Of a stretch of DNA of 64,000 nucleotides, positions 54,750 to 64,000 are shown piece by piece (positions within the stretch are counted from its first letter, which is position 1; every line of letters starts with the position of its first letter). The position numbers and the translations under genes are program-made. Origin of the DNA: Candidatus Binatia bacterium (GTDB lineage Bacteria > Desulfobacterota > Binatia > UBA9968 > JAJDTQ01); the NCBI GenBank assembly GCA_963666515.2, contig OY762897.2, forward strand, positions 3,744,001 through 3,808,000, in the 5' to 3' direction. The notes under the pieces were generated by a model that searched no databases, had not been told where the DNA came from, and was given only the letters and a program-made list of their open reading frames with translations.

Positions 54750-54867
54750 GCTCCGGCCTCGCCCGGCCTATCCCGGGGGAATCTTCTGCAGCAGTCGGTC
54801 ATTTTCGTAAAGCTCGTACCGCGTATAAATTCCCATTAAAGCATGATCGCGGGGCAAGTGCAGGACA

Positions 54868-55683
54868 CTAGCGGTTCCGCCGCAGCCACCGGCGGCCACC
54901 AACCAGGAAGAAGACCAGCGTGAAGGTGAGGACGATCATGGCGCCGGAGGAGATGTCGATGAAGTAGCTGAGGTACATGCCGGCCGCCGCGCACACGGCG
55001 CCGATGATCGGGGTGATGACCAGCAGGGTCTGGAACCGTTGTGTCAGGTAGCGGCCTATGACCGGAGGGATGACCACGGCGGCGGACACGAGGGTGACGC
55101 CGAGGATGCGGGTGGACGCCACGATGGTGACCGCCAGCACCAGGATGAAGATCAGCTCGGTACGGCCGGTGGAGATGCCGTACACCGGCGCCACCTCCGG
55201 GTCGAAGGTGGAGAACAGGAGCTGGCGGCGGATGACGATCATGACGAGTACGACGGCGGCGGCGGTGGCCGCGATGACCCGGAGATCCACCGGCGTGATG
55301 CCCAGCAGGTTGCCGAAGAGCGCGGCCTCGAAGTCCAGCGTGAACTTCCGGTAGGTGGAGACCACCGCCACGCCCAGGGCGAAGCTCGCGGTCGTCACCA
55401 CGCCGATGGCGGCGTCGGCGCCCACCAGCCGGCGGTGGCTGATGAGGTGGATCAGCACCGCGCTCACCAGCGCCCACACGCCGGCGCCGATGAAGAAGTG
55501 GACGCCGACGATGGTGCTCAGCACCGCCCCGCCGAAGAGGGCGTGGGCCAGCCCGTGGCCGATATAGCTCATGCGCCGGAGCACCACGTAGACGCCGACG
55601 TAGCCGCACACCGCGCCGACGATGACCGAGGCGATCATGCCGTTGCGGAAGAACTCGTAGGCGAAGGGTTCAAGCGGACCCAT
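54868..55683 (-). CDS. Metal (Zn/Mn) ABC transporter permease
   Basis: GVYVVLRRMSYIGHGLAHA, LFGNLL, TFDPE. Confidence 0.92.
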   Translation of the reverse strand: MGPLEPFAYEFFRNGMIASVIVGAVCGYVGVYVVLRRMSYIGHGLAHALFGGAVLSTIVGVHFFIGAGVWALVSAVLIHLISHRRLVGADAAIGVVTTASFALGVAVVSTYRKFTLDFEAALFGNLLGITPVDLRVIAATAAAVVLVMIVIRRQLLFSTFDPEVAPVYGISTGRTELIFILVLAVTIVASTRILGVTLVSAAVVIPPVIGRYLTQRFQTLLVITPIIGAVCAAAGMYLSYFIDISSGAMIVLTFTLVFFLVGGRRWLRRNR

Positions 55684-55690
55684 GGAGGCG

Positions 55691-56563
55691 TCATCCGCCG
55701 TTGGGCGAGTGCGGCCGTTCGCCCACCATGATCATGTCGCCGTGCTGGAAGACCACCATCTCCCCCTTGTAGGTCTCTCCCAGCACTTCGGTGGTGAACA
55801 CCTGCTGGGGGTCGCCTTCGGCGATCACGCGCCGGTTCAGGCACACCACCCACGGCAGGTGCGCGGCCACCCAGTTGAGGTCGTGGCTGGTGATGAGGAT
55901 GGCGACGCCCGAGTGGTTGATCTCGTGAAGGAAATGGACCACCTCGTCGCGGGAGCGGATGTCGAGCCCGGAGGTGGGCTCGTCGAGCAGGATCAGCTCC
56001 GGCTCTCCCAGCAGCGCCCGGGCGATGAACGCGGCCTGCTGCTGTCCTCCGGACAGCTCCCGGATCTGGCGGTCCCGCAGCTCATGCAGGTTGAGCCGCT
56101 CCATGATCTCGTGGGCGCGGTCGCGGTCCTCCGGAGCGGTGCGCCGGAACCACCGGTGGCGCCGGGACAGGCCCAGCAGCACCACCTCCTCCACGGTGAT
56201 GGGAAAGCTCAGGTCGATCTGCTCAAGCTGCGGCACGTAGCCCACGGACCCGAGAGACCCGCCGCCAGCCGGCGCACCGTGGACGGTCACCCGCCCTTCC
56301 CTGGGCCGGATGTGCCCCAGGATGGTGCGCAGCAGCGTGGTCTTCCCCCCGCCGTTGGGTCCCACCACCGCCAAGAACTGCGCCGGCCAGAGCTTCAGGT
56401 TGACCCCGGCGATGCCCAGGGTCTGCCGGTAGCCGCTGGACACGTCCGTCAGCTCCACGATGGGCCGCCCCTGCTCGCTCCACTCCCGCCCGCCCGCATG
56501 CGGGTGCCCGTGCAGCCTGCCGTGGACGTGGTGGACCCGGTCGGTGTGCTTCTCGGAGGTCAC
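55691..56563 (-). CDS. Metal (Zn/Mn) ABC transporter ATP-binding protein
   Basis: GPNGGGKT, GYVPQ, LSGGQ, LLDEPT, SHDL; His-rich N-terminus. Confidence 0.92.
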   Translation of the reverse strand: MTSEKHTDRVHHVHGRLHGHPHAGGREWSEQGRPIVELTDVSSGYRQTLGIAGVNLKLWPAQFLAVVGPNGGGKTTLLRTILGHIRPREGRVTVHGAPAGGGSLGSVGYVPQLEQIDLSFPITVEEVVLLGLSRRHRWFRRTAPEDRDRAHEIMERLNLHELRDRQIRELSGGQQQAAFIARALLGEPELILLDEPTSGLDIRSRDEVVHFLHEINHSGVAILITSHDLNWVAAHLPWVVCLNRRVIAEGDPQQVFTTEVLGETYKGEMVVFQHGDMIMVGERPHSPNGG

Positions 56564-56763
56564 GGCAGAGAGGGTCGACCAGCCAGAAACTGGCGGGTCG
56601 TGAGCCCGCCATGGTGGCAGGGATGATATTTTGATCCGAGCATGGACATCCGTCTATCAGGTGGCGCTAGCGTAGACAATTCCGCTGAACCTGCCGAATG
56701 CTGAGCTATCAAAAAAACCTTGGCAAAGCCTCGACCTCGGACGTTCGGTTGTCATTGACGCCG

Positions 56764-56792
56764 TTGCATTTACTGCACTTATTTCACAGAAT
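56764..56792 (+). promoter_or_regulatory. Putative sigma70 promoter of the HTH-PIN pair
   Basis: TTGCAT-17 bp-CAGAAT, followed by a GGAGGT RBS. Confidence 0.45.
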
Positions 56793-56823
56793 GGTCGTGA
56801 AGGCAGTTTAAGGGGAGGTATCT

Positions 56824-57288
56824 ATGAATACGACAACCCATCGTCAACTCCCGCCCACGCCACGGGATGCCGCGATCGCCCGTAGTTCCCGCCAGATTCT
56901 TTCCCACTACGCCGGGATTCAGCGACCCTTGAGGCTCCGCGTGAGAGACCGCGGGCAGGAGGAGCCAATCGAGCTTCCAGCGGGTGCAGTCAGGTTGCTC
57001 ATGCACGTGCTGGAGGCCATGGCCGCGGGCCGGGGCGTAACGCTTGTTCCCGAGAGTGCAGAACTGACTACGGTCCAGGCAGCCGAGGTGTTGAACGTTT
57101 CCCGCCCTTTCCTGATCAAGCTTCTGGACGAGAATGCCATTCCGCACCGGAAGGTCGGCAAGCACCGCCGGGTTCGCATGGAGGACGTCATGGCGTACAA
57201 GGAGGCGATTGACCGGGAACGCGAGCAGGTTCTCGACCAGTTGACGCGGGAGGCCCAAGAACAGGGCTTGGGGTACCGTGTTCCGTGA
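56824..57288 (+). CDS. Excisionase-like HTH protein, putative antitoxin
   Basis: ELTTVQAAEVLNVSRPFLIKLLD...KVGKHRRV; GTGA coupling to the PIN gene. Confidence 0.88.
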   Translation: MNTTTHRQLPPTPRDAAIARSSRQILSHYAGIQRPLRLRVRDRGQEEPIELPAGAVRLLMHVLEAMAAGRGVTLVPESAELTTVQAAEVLNVSRPFLIKLLDENAIPHRKVGKHRRVRMEDVMAYKEAIDREREQVLDQLTREAQEQGLGYRVP

Positions 57289-57854
57289 CCCGTTACACGG
57301 CTCTTCTCGACGCCAACGTTCTCTACTCCGCGCCGATACGCGATATTTTTTTGCAGTTGGCCGTGAGCGATGTCTTCCGGGTGAGATGGACGGCGGATAT
57401 CCATCGCGAGTGGATTGATGCGCTCCTCCGCAACGAGCCTCATCGGAGTCGTACCGTCCTCGAACGCACGCGATCTCTCGTGGACCGCGCCACCCGCGAT
57501 TGCCTGATTACCGGATATGAGGCCCTGATCCCGACTCTCGACCTTCCCGACCCCGACGATCGCCACATTCTTGCGGCAGCGATCGCTGGTCGTTGCGACG
57601 CGATTGTCACCGCGAACCTTCAGGACTTCCCGAACGTCGTGGTCAATCCATATGGGATCGAAGTTCAACACCCGGATGAATTCCTGTTCAATCACCTCGA
57701 ACTGGCACCGGGGATTTTCTGCGAGGCCGTCCGCAAGGTACGCGCACGGCTGAAGGCGCCACCCTTAACCGTTGAAGAGTATCTCGCCAATTTGTCCAAG
57801 CAGGGGCTGGTCGCGACCGCCACGGAGCTGGAACGGTTTGCGGTGTCGATCTGA
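57285..57854 (+). CDS. PIN-domain protein, putative VapC-like toxin
   Basis: ALLDANVL, LPDPDDRHILAAA, IVTANLQDFP, HPDEFL. Confidence 0.9.
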   Translation: MTRYTALLDANVLYSAPIRDIFLQLAVSDVFRVRWTADIHREWIDALLRNEPHRSRTVLERTRSLVDRATRDCLITGYEALIPTLDLPDPDDRHILAAAIAGRCDAIVTANLQDFPNVVVNPYGIEVQHPDEFLFNHLELAPGIFCEAVRKVRARLKAPPLTVEEYLANLSKQGLVATATELERFAVSI

Positions 57855-57939
57855 CGCTCTCCGACGACAAGAGATCCGATCTCCCGGAGGCTCTGAATCC
57901 CTGTCATCGACACAAGACGTATGCTGCGGATTCAGTCGC

Positions 57940-58971
57940 TCAGATCTTGTACAGCCGCTTGGGGTTCTCCGACAGGATATTGCGCTTGGATTCGGCGGAG
58001 ACGTCCTCGCGCGCAAAAAAGGCGGGCAGGTCGTCGAAGAACTCGGCCCGCGTCCGCTCGTGCGGGTAGTCCGAAGGCCACACGAGCTTCTCGTCACCGA
58101 GGAGCTGGATGAAGAACGGCAGGGTCCGTTCCTCAATCTCGAACGAGAAGTAGACGTTGGGGTCCATCAGGTACTCGCTGGGCTTGCGCTTGAGGTCGCC
58201 GGCGCCCTTGCGCTCGAACTGCTCGTCGAGCACGTCCATCAGGTACGGCACCCAGCCGCAGCCTGCCTCCAGGTAGGCCACCCGCAGGTTGGGGTAGCGG
58301 TCGAACACGCCCTGGGAGATCATGCTGGTGGCGTGGCTCATGAGCGGGATCACGTGCTTGAGGGCGCGCACCTCACGATACGTGCGCATCGGGTCGGCGA
58401 AGTTGTGCGCCCCCACGAAGCCGCCGTGCACCGCGATCATGGTGTCCAGCTCGGCGGCCGTGGCGTAGATGGGGTCGAACTCCGGGTTGCCGTAGGCCAT
58501 GAGCGGCGACGAGATGGACGGCAGGATCGCGCCCACGAAACCCAGCTCACCGACGCAGCGGCGCAGCTCCGTGACGCAGGCGGCCACGTCGTGCACCGGC
58601 AGCAGCGCCACCCCGAGCAGCCGCTCGCTCTGGCGCAGGAACTTGTCGTGCAGCCAGTCGTTGTAGGCCCGCGCCAGGTCCACCGACCACTCCACACGGC
58701 GCACCATGCCCACGGCTGCGGCGTTGCTCGGGTACAGCACGGTGGCGCTGATGCCGGCCTCGTCCAGGAAGCTCAGCCACATGGCCGCGTCCGGCACGTC
58801 CTGCTTGTGCGGGTCCACCACGCCGAACGCCCAGGCGTCCTGCGGGAACAGGGAGTACTCGCGGTTGCCCGGAATGCGCCGGAACCGCTCCGGCAGGTAC
58901 TGGGCCATCTCCTTGTCCGGCTCCACCACATGGCCGTCACCGTCGATAATGGGGTAGTCCACGTCGATCAT
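57940..58971 (-). CDS. Amidohydrolase family protein (amidohydro_2)
   Basis: IIDGDGHVVE, ARAYNDWL, VHGG, LEAGCGW, SDYPH. Confidence 0.92.
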   Translation of the reverse strand: MIDVDYPIIDGDGHVVEPDKEMAQYLPERFRRIPGNREYSLFPQDAWAFGVVDPHKQDVPDAAMWLSFLDEAGISATVLYPSNAAAVGMVRRVEWSVDLARAYNDWLHDKFLRQSERLLGVALLPVHDVAACVTELRRCVGELGFVGAILPSISSPLMAYGNPEFDPIYATAAELDTMIAVHGGFVGAHNFADPMRTYREVRALKHVIPLMSHATSMISQGVFDRYPNLRVAYLEAGCGWVPYLMDVLDEQFERKGAGDLKRKPSEYLMDPNVYFSFEIEERTLPFFIQLLGDEKLVWPSDYPHERTRAEFFDDLPAFFAREDVSAESKRNILSENPKRLYKI

Positions 58972-58996
58972 CGGATTCCGTCCTTTCGTTCCGGGA

Positions 58997-59049
58997 AGAT
59001 GGCGCCGTTCGCCCTGAGCGTAGCGCAGCGAAGTCGAAGGGCGCCATCT
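58997..59049. repeat. Palindromic REP-like element of a second family
   Basis: agatggcgcc-gttcgccctgagcgtagcgcagcgaagtcgaag-ggcgccatct; 10-bp terminal inverted repeat. Confidence 0.6.
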
Positions 59050-59053
59050 CTCT

Positions 59054-60082
59054 CTACCGATAGCGCGCGTGATGGCCCGCCACCGGGGCCGGGTCCACGG
59101 CCTTCAGCGCGTCGGCCGAGCCGCCCAGCGCGGTCACGATGGTGCGGATGTTTTCGAGCATCATGCCGGTGTACGAGTGGATCGGGTCGCCGGACTCCCC
59201 GGGGAGGTCGTCGTCCCGCAGCTTGTCGATGAATACCGTCCCGGCTTCACGGGCGATCTGCGCGAGCACAGGGCTGGGAAACAACTCGGAGCCGAACACC
59301 GCCGGCACCCGCGCGCGGCGCAACTGGTCGATGAGCCGCGCCACCTCTCTGGGGCTCGGCTCGGAGAAGCTGGAGGGTTGCACGGCACCGATGACGGAGA
59401 AGCCGTAACGCTTGGCGAAGTAGGGCCACGAGTCGTGATAGGTGAGGAGGCGCCGGTTCTCCGGCGGCACCGTGGCCACGGCCGCGGCAATGGCCCTGTC
59501 CAGCGCTCCGAGCTGCTTCAGGTAGCGCTCCGTGTTGTCCCCGTACGCGGCCCGGCCCTCGGGGTCCGCCGCGGCCAGGGCATCACGCACCAGGCGGGCG
59601 TAGTTCATCACGAGCACCGGGTCGGGCCACAGGTGCGGGTTGGGGTGCCCCCGGTCCCTGGGGAAGCTGAAGTCGAAGACGTAGTCCGCTTCGCTGAGGG
59701 TGCGGTCGGCGAGCAGTAGAATCGGCGTCTCCGGCCGCTTGTTGGCGCGCGCCAGCTTCAGCGTCGGGATCTCCAGGTAGAGGCCGTTCATGATGATGAG
59801 GTCGGCCCGCGCCATGGTTCTGGCGTCCGACGGGACCGGCCGGAAGGTGTGGGAGTTCACCCCTTCCGGCACCATGCCCGTGACCCGCGCCCGGTCCCCG
59901 GCCACGTTCTCCACCATGCTGGTGATCGGCGCCACGGTGGTGACCACGCGTGGGGAGGCGGCTTGGAGTCGGCCGGGAAGCGCCAGCATCATCGCGAGCA
60001 GCAACGCCAGGACCACGCCGGTCTCCGCGATCCCGACGTACCGGCCGGTCTTTCCCGCGCCACGGCTCGGCTTCCCCGACAC
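59054..60082 (-). CDS. Metal (Zn/Mn) ABC transporter substrate-binding protein
   Basis: VVTTVAPI, NSHTFRP, NGLYLE, NPHLW, TYHDSWPYFA; start uncertain (frame open to 60244 through the REP pair). Confidence 0.9.
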   Translation of the reverse strand: MSGKPSRGAGKTGRYVGIAETGVVLALLLAMMLALPGRLQAASPRVVTTVAPITSMVENVAGDRARVTGMVPEGVNSHTFRPVPSDARTMARADLIIMNGLYLEIPTLKLARANKRPETPILLLADRTLSEADYVFDFSFPRDRGHPNPHLWPDPVLVMNYARLVRDALAAADPEGRAAYGDNTERYLKQLGALDRAIAAAVATVPPENRRLLTYHDSWPYFAKRYGFSVIGAVQPSSFSEPSPREVARLIDQLRRARVPAVFGSELFPSPVLAQIAREAGTVFIDKLRDDDLPGESGDPIHSYTGMMLENIRTIVTALGGSADALKAVDPAPVAGHHARYR

Positions 60083-60087
60083 TGTGC

Positions 60088-60188
60088 GTCCGTCATTCCG
60101 GCGAAAGCCGGAATCCAGAGGGGGAGGAGGCGGAGCATTCGCAACCCCGGCCCCCCTCTGGATTCCGGCTTTCGCCGGAATGACGGAC
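60088..60188. repeat. Inverted pair of CGTC-type REPs forming a long hairpin
   Basis: gtccgtcattccggcgaaagccggaatccagagggg ... cccctctggattccggctttcgccggaatgacggac. Confidence 0.92.
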
Positions 60189-60257
60189 ACGGACATCGGC
60201 GCACGGGTTGTGTGGCAGGGACGGTTTTGTGGCCTGAGTATCATTTTCGTGCGAATC

Positions 60258-63200
60258 CTATCCTTCTCCCGCCCGTGCCGGCTCGCTGGCGCTCACGAGC
60301 TGGGTCATCACCAGGTTGGCGTAGAGGCCGTTGGCGCGGAGCAGGTCGTCGTGGGCGCCCTGCTCCGCGATGGCGCCGGAGTCCAGCACCACGATGCGGT
60401 CGGCGTCGCGGATGGTGGACAGCCGGTGGGCGATGACCAGGGTGGTGCGGCCCTGCACCAGCCGGGCGACCGCTTGGTGGATCAGCTCCTCGTTGATGGC
60501 GTCGAGGTGTGAGGTGGCCTCGTCGAGGATCAGCACGGGCGCGTCCTTGAGCAACGCCCGGGCGATGGCGATGCGCTGCCGCTGGCCCCCCGAAAGCTGC
60601 ACGCCGCGCTCGCCGATGACCGTGTCGTAGCCCGCAGGCAGGCGGCTGATGAACCGGTGGATGTGGGCCAGCCCGGCGGCTTCCTCCACCTCTTCCTGGG
60701 TCGCCTCGGGCCGTCCCAGGCGGATGTTGTCGCGCAGCGTGGTGTTGAACAGGTAGGTGTCCTGGGACACCAGCGAGATCTGCTCCCGCAAGTGGTCCAG
60801 GGTGAACTCCCGGAGGTCCCGGCCGGCCAGCGTCACCGCGCCGTCGGCCGGGTCCCAGAAGCGCAGCAGCAGGTGGGCGCAGGTGGTCTTGCCGGCGCCC
60901 GAGGGGCCCACCAGCGCCACCGTCTGCCCCGGCTCCACCTCCAGGCACACGTCCCGTAGCGCGAGACCGCTGCCGGCGTCATAACCGAAGCACACGTGGT
61001 CGAAGCGGATGCCCGGCGGCGCGCCGCCGTTGGCCGCCAGCGCCCGCGTACCGGCCTCGTCCCGCGCCTCCACGCCGGCGCCGTCCCGGTCCTGCGGCGA
61101 CACTGTGGCCCGATCCCGCGCCTCCACGCCGGGGCCGTCCCGCACCGGCACGGGCTCGTCCTTGACCTCGAACACGCGGCGGCCGGACTCCAGCGTCTCC
61201 ATCAGCTCCTTGACCGTGCGGGCCACGTCGGTCACCGGCCCGAAGGCCAGCAGCGCCAGCACGGTGGCCAGCGGCAGCAGCGCCCGGTCCATCTCGGCCT
61301 GGCCCACCAGCCACACGCCGGTCGCTAGCACCGCCAGCGCGCCGATGCCGGTCAGCGCCTCGTTGAAGCTGGCCTGGAGCGCCTGGTCCTTGTGGAACGC
61401 GAGCTGCGCCCTGGCGAGGCGCAGGCTGTTGGCCAGGACCGAGGCGACCTGGTGCTTCTCGTGGCCGAAGGAGGCCACCTCGCGCATGCCCTGGATGCTG
61501 TCCACAAGGTGCGCGTTGAGATGCCCCAGTTCCCGGCGCACCGCGCCGCCCAGGCGGTCCGAGCGCTTCTGCGCCAGGAACGGCGACGCCGCCAGCAGCA
61601 ACAGGAAGGGGACCAGCGCCAGCATCAGCGGCCAGCCCACGAAGCCCAGCACCGTGAGGATCCCGGCGGGGACCACCACGGCGATGAACGCCGGGGTGAT
61701 GGTGTGGGCGAAGAACAGCTCCACCGTCTCCACGTCGGCGCCGGCGATGCTCACCAGGTCGCCGGAGCGGCGCCGGGTGAGGTAGGCCGGCGCCAGCGGG
61801 TCCAGGGTGTCGTAGATGTCGATGCGCATCTCCGCCAGGAGCTGGTAGGCGAGGTCGTGGGGCAGCCAGCAGTCGGCCCAGGCAAGCACGGATGCGAGCC
61901 CCACCATGGACCCCAGGAGGATCAGGTTGAAGGTGATGTCCCCGCCGCGGATCAACTGGCCCACCAGCAGCGCGCCGGCCGCGCCCGCGCCCACCACCGA
62001 CGCCTGGAACAACACCCCGGCGGAGAACGACACCGCGAGCTTGCGCAGGAACGGCCGCACCAGGGTTCCCAGCCGCCGCAGCACGGCAAGGGCGGGCAGC
62101 GGCGCCGTCGCGCCCGCGGTACGGGCCGCCGGCGCCCCGGCGGGTTCCGGGGCCTCGGCCGCGGCGGCCGTGGGCGGGGCCTCGCGCTCGACCATCGCCT
62201 CACTGTCGCCGGCCTGGGCCTGGGCGGCCATCAGCCGGGAGTAGGTGCCGCCGCTTTCCAGCAGCGCCCCGTGGCTGCCGGTCTCCGCCACCCGGCCCCG
62301 CTCCAGCACCACGATCCGGTCGGCGTGGATCACGCTCGACAGCCGGTGCGCGATGATCAGCGTGGTGCGCCCCTCCATGAGCTTGCGCAGCGCCTCGTTG
62401 ATCACCGCCTCGCTCTGGGCGTCCACGCTCGAAAGCGCCTCGTCCAGCACCAGGATCGGCGCGTCCTTGAGGATGGCCCGGGCGATGGCGATGCGCTGGC
62501 GCTCGCCGCCCGAGAGCCGCACGCCGCGCTCGCCCACCACGGTGTCGTAGCCGTCCGGCAGGCCGGCGATGAACTCGTGGACGTTGGCCGCCCGCGCCGC
62601 CCGCTCGATCTCTTCGAGCGTGGCCTCCGGCCTGGCCATGCGCAGGTTGTCGGCGATGGTGCCGTAGAACAGGTACATGTCCTGGGCCACCACCGCGACG
62701 TGGCGGCGCAGCACATGCAGCGGGATGGTGCGGATGTCCCGGCCCCCCAGCAGCACGCGTCCCTGCTGGGGGTCGGCGAAGCGCAGCATGAGCGACACCA
62801 GGGTCGACTTGCCGGCGCCGCTGGGACCCACCACGCCGAGCTTCTCGCCCGGGCGCAACTCCAGCGAGACCTCCCGGAGCGCGGGCCGGCTGCCCTCGCG
62901 GTAGGCGAAGCTCACGTCCTCGTAGCGGACCGCGGGCTCGAAGGAAGTCTCCTCCGCGGCCTCGCCCGGCGCCGGCTCCCGCACCGTCACCGGCGTCTCC
63001 AGCAGCGCGAATATCCCCTCGGCCGAGGCCATGGCGTTGATGCCCTGGTGGTAGAGGATCATCAGCTCCCGCGTGGGGCGGAAGAGCTCCGCGCCCATGA
63101 TCAGGATCACGATCAGCGAGCGGATATCCAGGTCGCCGGCGCTGACCTTGAGGGCGCCCCAGGCCAGCGCGCACGCGGTGCCGCCCAGGATGCCGAAGGT

Positions 63201-63938
63201 GGTGACGCCCACCGAGACCATGTTGACCGCCAGCACGCCCATGGTGGTGCGGTAGAGATGGCGCGCCCGTTCCGCGAGCGCCTTCCCTTGGCTGCGGCTC
63301 CGCCCGAAGATCTTGAGGGTGCCGATGCCCTGGATGCTGTCCAGGAAGTCGGCGCCGAAGGCGCCGTAGGAGGCGCGCCGTCGCCGGCTGCTCTCCCCGG
63401 TGAACATCAGGAACAGCGGCGTCTCCAGCAGCGTCACCAGCGCGAAGACCAGGAAGATGAGCCCGATGACCAGGTCGAAGGACGCCATCAGAAAGAAGAT
63501 CAGCACGGGCGCCACCGCGGCCACCACCAATTGCGGCAGGAACTGGCCGTAGAAGACCTGTAGCTGCTCCACCCCTTCGCCCAGGGACAGCAGCACGTCG
63601 CCGGTCCGTTTCTGGTCGAAGTGCCCGGGGCCCAGGTCCAGTGCGTGGCGGTAGAGCTTGTCGTGGAGCCCGGCTTTCACCCGGGCCGCGGTCTCCTGGC
63701 TCACCATGTCCCGCAGGTACTGGAACACCGCGCGCAGCGCGATGAAGCCGGCGACGGCCGCAAGATAGGGAATCAGCGACGAGAAGGCGGCGCCGGTGAG
63801 GACCCCGGCGATGATGAGGCCGGAAAAGGCCAGCCGCGAGATCCCCGCGGCCACGGCGAGCAGGCCGAGAACGGCGGCCGCGGCGATGCGCATGCGCACG
63901 CCGCGGGTGTGGGTCAACAGTCTTCGGTCCAGGTACAT
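60258..63938 (-). CDS. Fused ABC transporter, TMD-NBD-TMD-NBD (CydDC-like)
   Basis: Two GPSGAGK[ST] Walker A motifs, LSGGE and LSGGQ, LDEA twice, IAHRLS twice; 1226 aa. Confidence 0.92.
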   Translation of the reverse strand: MYLDRRLLTHTRGVRMRIAAAAVLGLLAVAAGISRLAFSGLIIAGVLTGAAFSSLIPYLAAVAGFIALRAVFQYLRDMVSQETAARVKAGLHDKLYRHALDLGPGHFDQKRTGDVLLSLGEGVEQLQVFYGQFLPQLVVAAVAPVLIFFLMASFDLVIGLIFLVFALVTLLETPLFLMFTGESSRRRRASYGAFGADFLDSIQGIGTLKIFGRSRSQGKALAERARHLYRTTMGVLAVNMVSVGVTTFGILGGTACALAWGALKVSAGDLDIRSLIVILIMGAELFRPTRELMILYHQGINAMASAEGIFALLETPVTVREPAPGEAAEETSFEPAVRYEDVSFAYREGSRPALREVSLELRPGEKLGVVGPSGAGKSTLVSLMLRFADPQQGRVLLGGRDIRTIPLHVLRRHVAVVAQDMYLFYGTIADNLRMARPEATLEEIERAARAANVHEFIAGLPDGYDTVVGERGVRLSGGERQRIAIARAILKDAPILVLDEALSSVDAQSEAVINEALRKLMEGRTTLIIAHRLSSVIHADRIVVLERGRVAETGSHGALLESGGTYSRLMAAQAQAGDSEAMVEREAPPTAAAAEAPEPAGAPAARTAGATAPLPALAVLRRLGTLVRPFLRKLAVSFSAGVLFQASVVGAGAAGALLVGQLIRGGDITFNLILLGSMVGLASVLAWADCWLPHDLAYQLLAEMRIDIYDTLDPLAPAYLTRRRSGDLVSIAGADVETVELFFAHTITPAFIAVVVPAGILTVLGFVGWPLMLALVPFLLLLAASPFLAQKRSDRLGGAVRRELGHLNAHLVDSIQGMREVASFGHEKHQVASVLANSLRLARAQLAFHKDQALQASFNEALTGIGALAVLATGVWLVGQAEMDRALLPLATVLALLAFGPVTDVARTVKELMETLESGRRVFEVKDEPVPVRDGPGVEARDRATVSPQDRDGAGVEARDEAGTRALAANGGAPPGIRFDHVCFGYDAGSGLALRDVCLEVEPGQTVALVGPSGAGKTTCAHLLLRFWDPADGAVTLAGRDLREFTLDHLREQISLVSQDTYLFNTTLRDNIRLGRPEATQEEVEEAAGLAHIHRFISRLPAGYDTVIGERGVQLSGGQRQRIAIARALLKDAPVLILDEATSHLDAINEELIHQAVARLVQGRTTLVIAHRLSTIRDADRIVVLDSGAIAEQGAHDDLLRANGLYANLVMTQLVSASEPARAGEG
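61060..61142. repeat. 29-bp direct repeat with 54-bp period inside the ABC transporter linker
   Basis: tcccgcgcctccacgccgg[c/g]gccgtcccg at 61060-61088 and 61114-61142; encodes RDG[P/A]GVEARD twice. Confidence 0.8.
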
Positions 63939-64000
63939 CGATCACCCATCCTCGTTTCAGAAAGTTAGAAGGTCATCGCACCGAATACAAGGCAGCCGGG

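Noticed and set aside
56824-57288. Prophage or ICE excisionase
   Set aside because: No integrase or phage genes; the HTH is coupled to a PIN gene, a known TA-type arrangement

Overview
High-GC bacterial chromosomal window that appears to contain the replication origin: dnaA-dnaN with DnaA boxes, DnaA-trios and an AT-rich patch. The gene content (hemL-atpZ-atpI-atpB-atpE split F0 operon with a long c subunit, several XDH-family, amidohydrolase and substrate-binding genes) suggests a deltaproteobacteria-like lineage; this is inference. Housekeeping blocks are purH/purD/purE, alr, cysD-cysNC, gdh, moaB/D/E, a PerR-rubrerythrin-DUF3501 locus, an RND pump, a metal ABC transporter and a fused ABC exporter. 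They are interspersed with four toxin-antitoxin pairs, a lower-GC two-gene island inside the pur operon, and many copies of a CGTC-type palindromic repeat, some inside coding sequences. Top observations: (1) a signal-peptide-bearing rhodanese whose catalytic codon is an in-frame UGA followed by a SECIS-like hairpin, so probably an exported selenoprotein, translationally coupled to a VKOR-thioredoxin fusion; (2) a small basic HExxH peptidase ending in a beta-clamp-binding-like motif, divergent from an Lhr helicase; (3) a two-membrane-protein island with a degenerate PD-(D/E)XK-like domain between purH and purD. All family calls come from motif recognition by eye; no searches were run.
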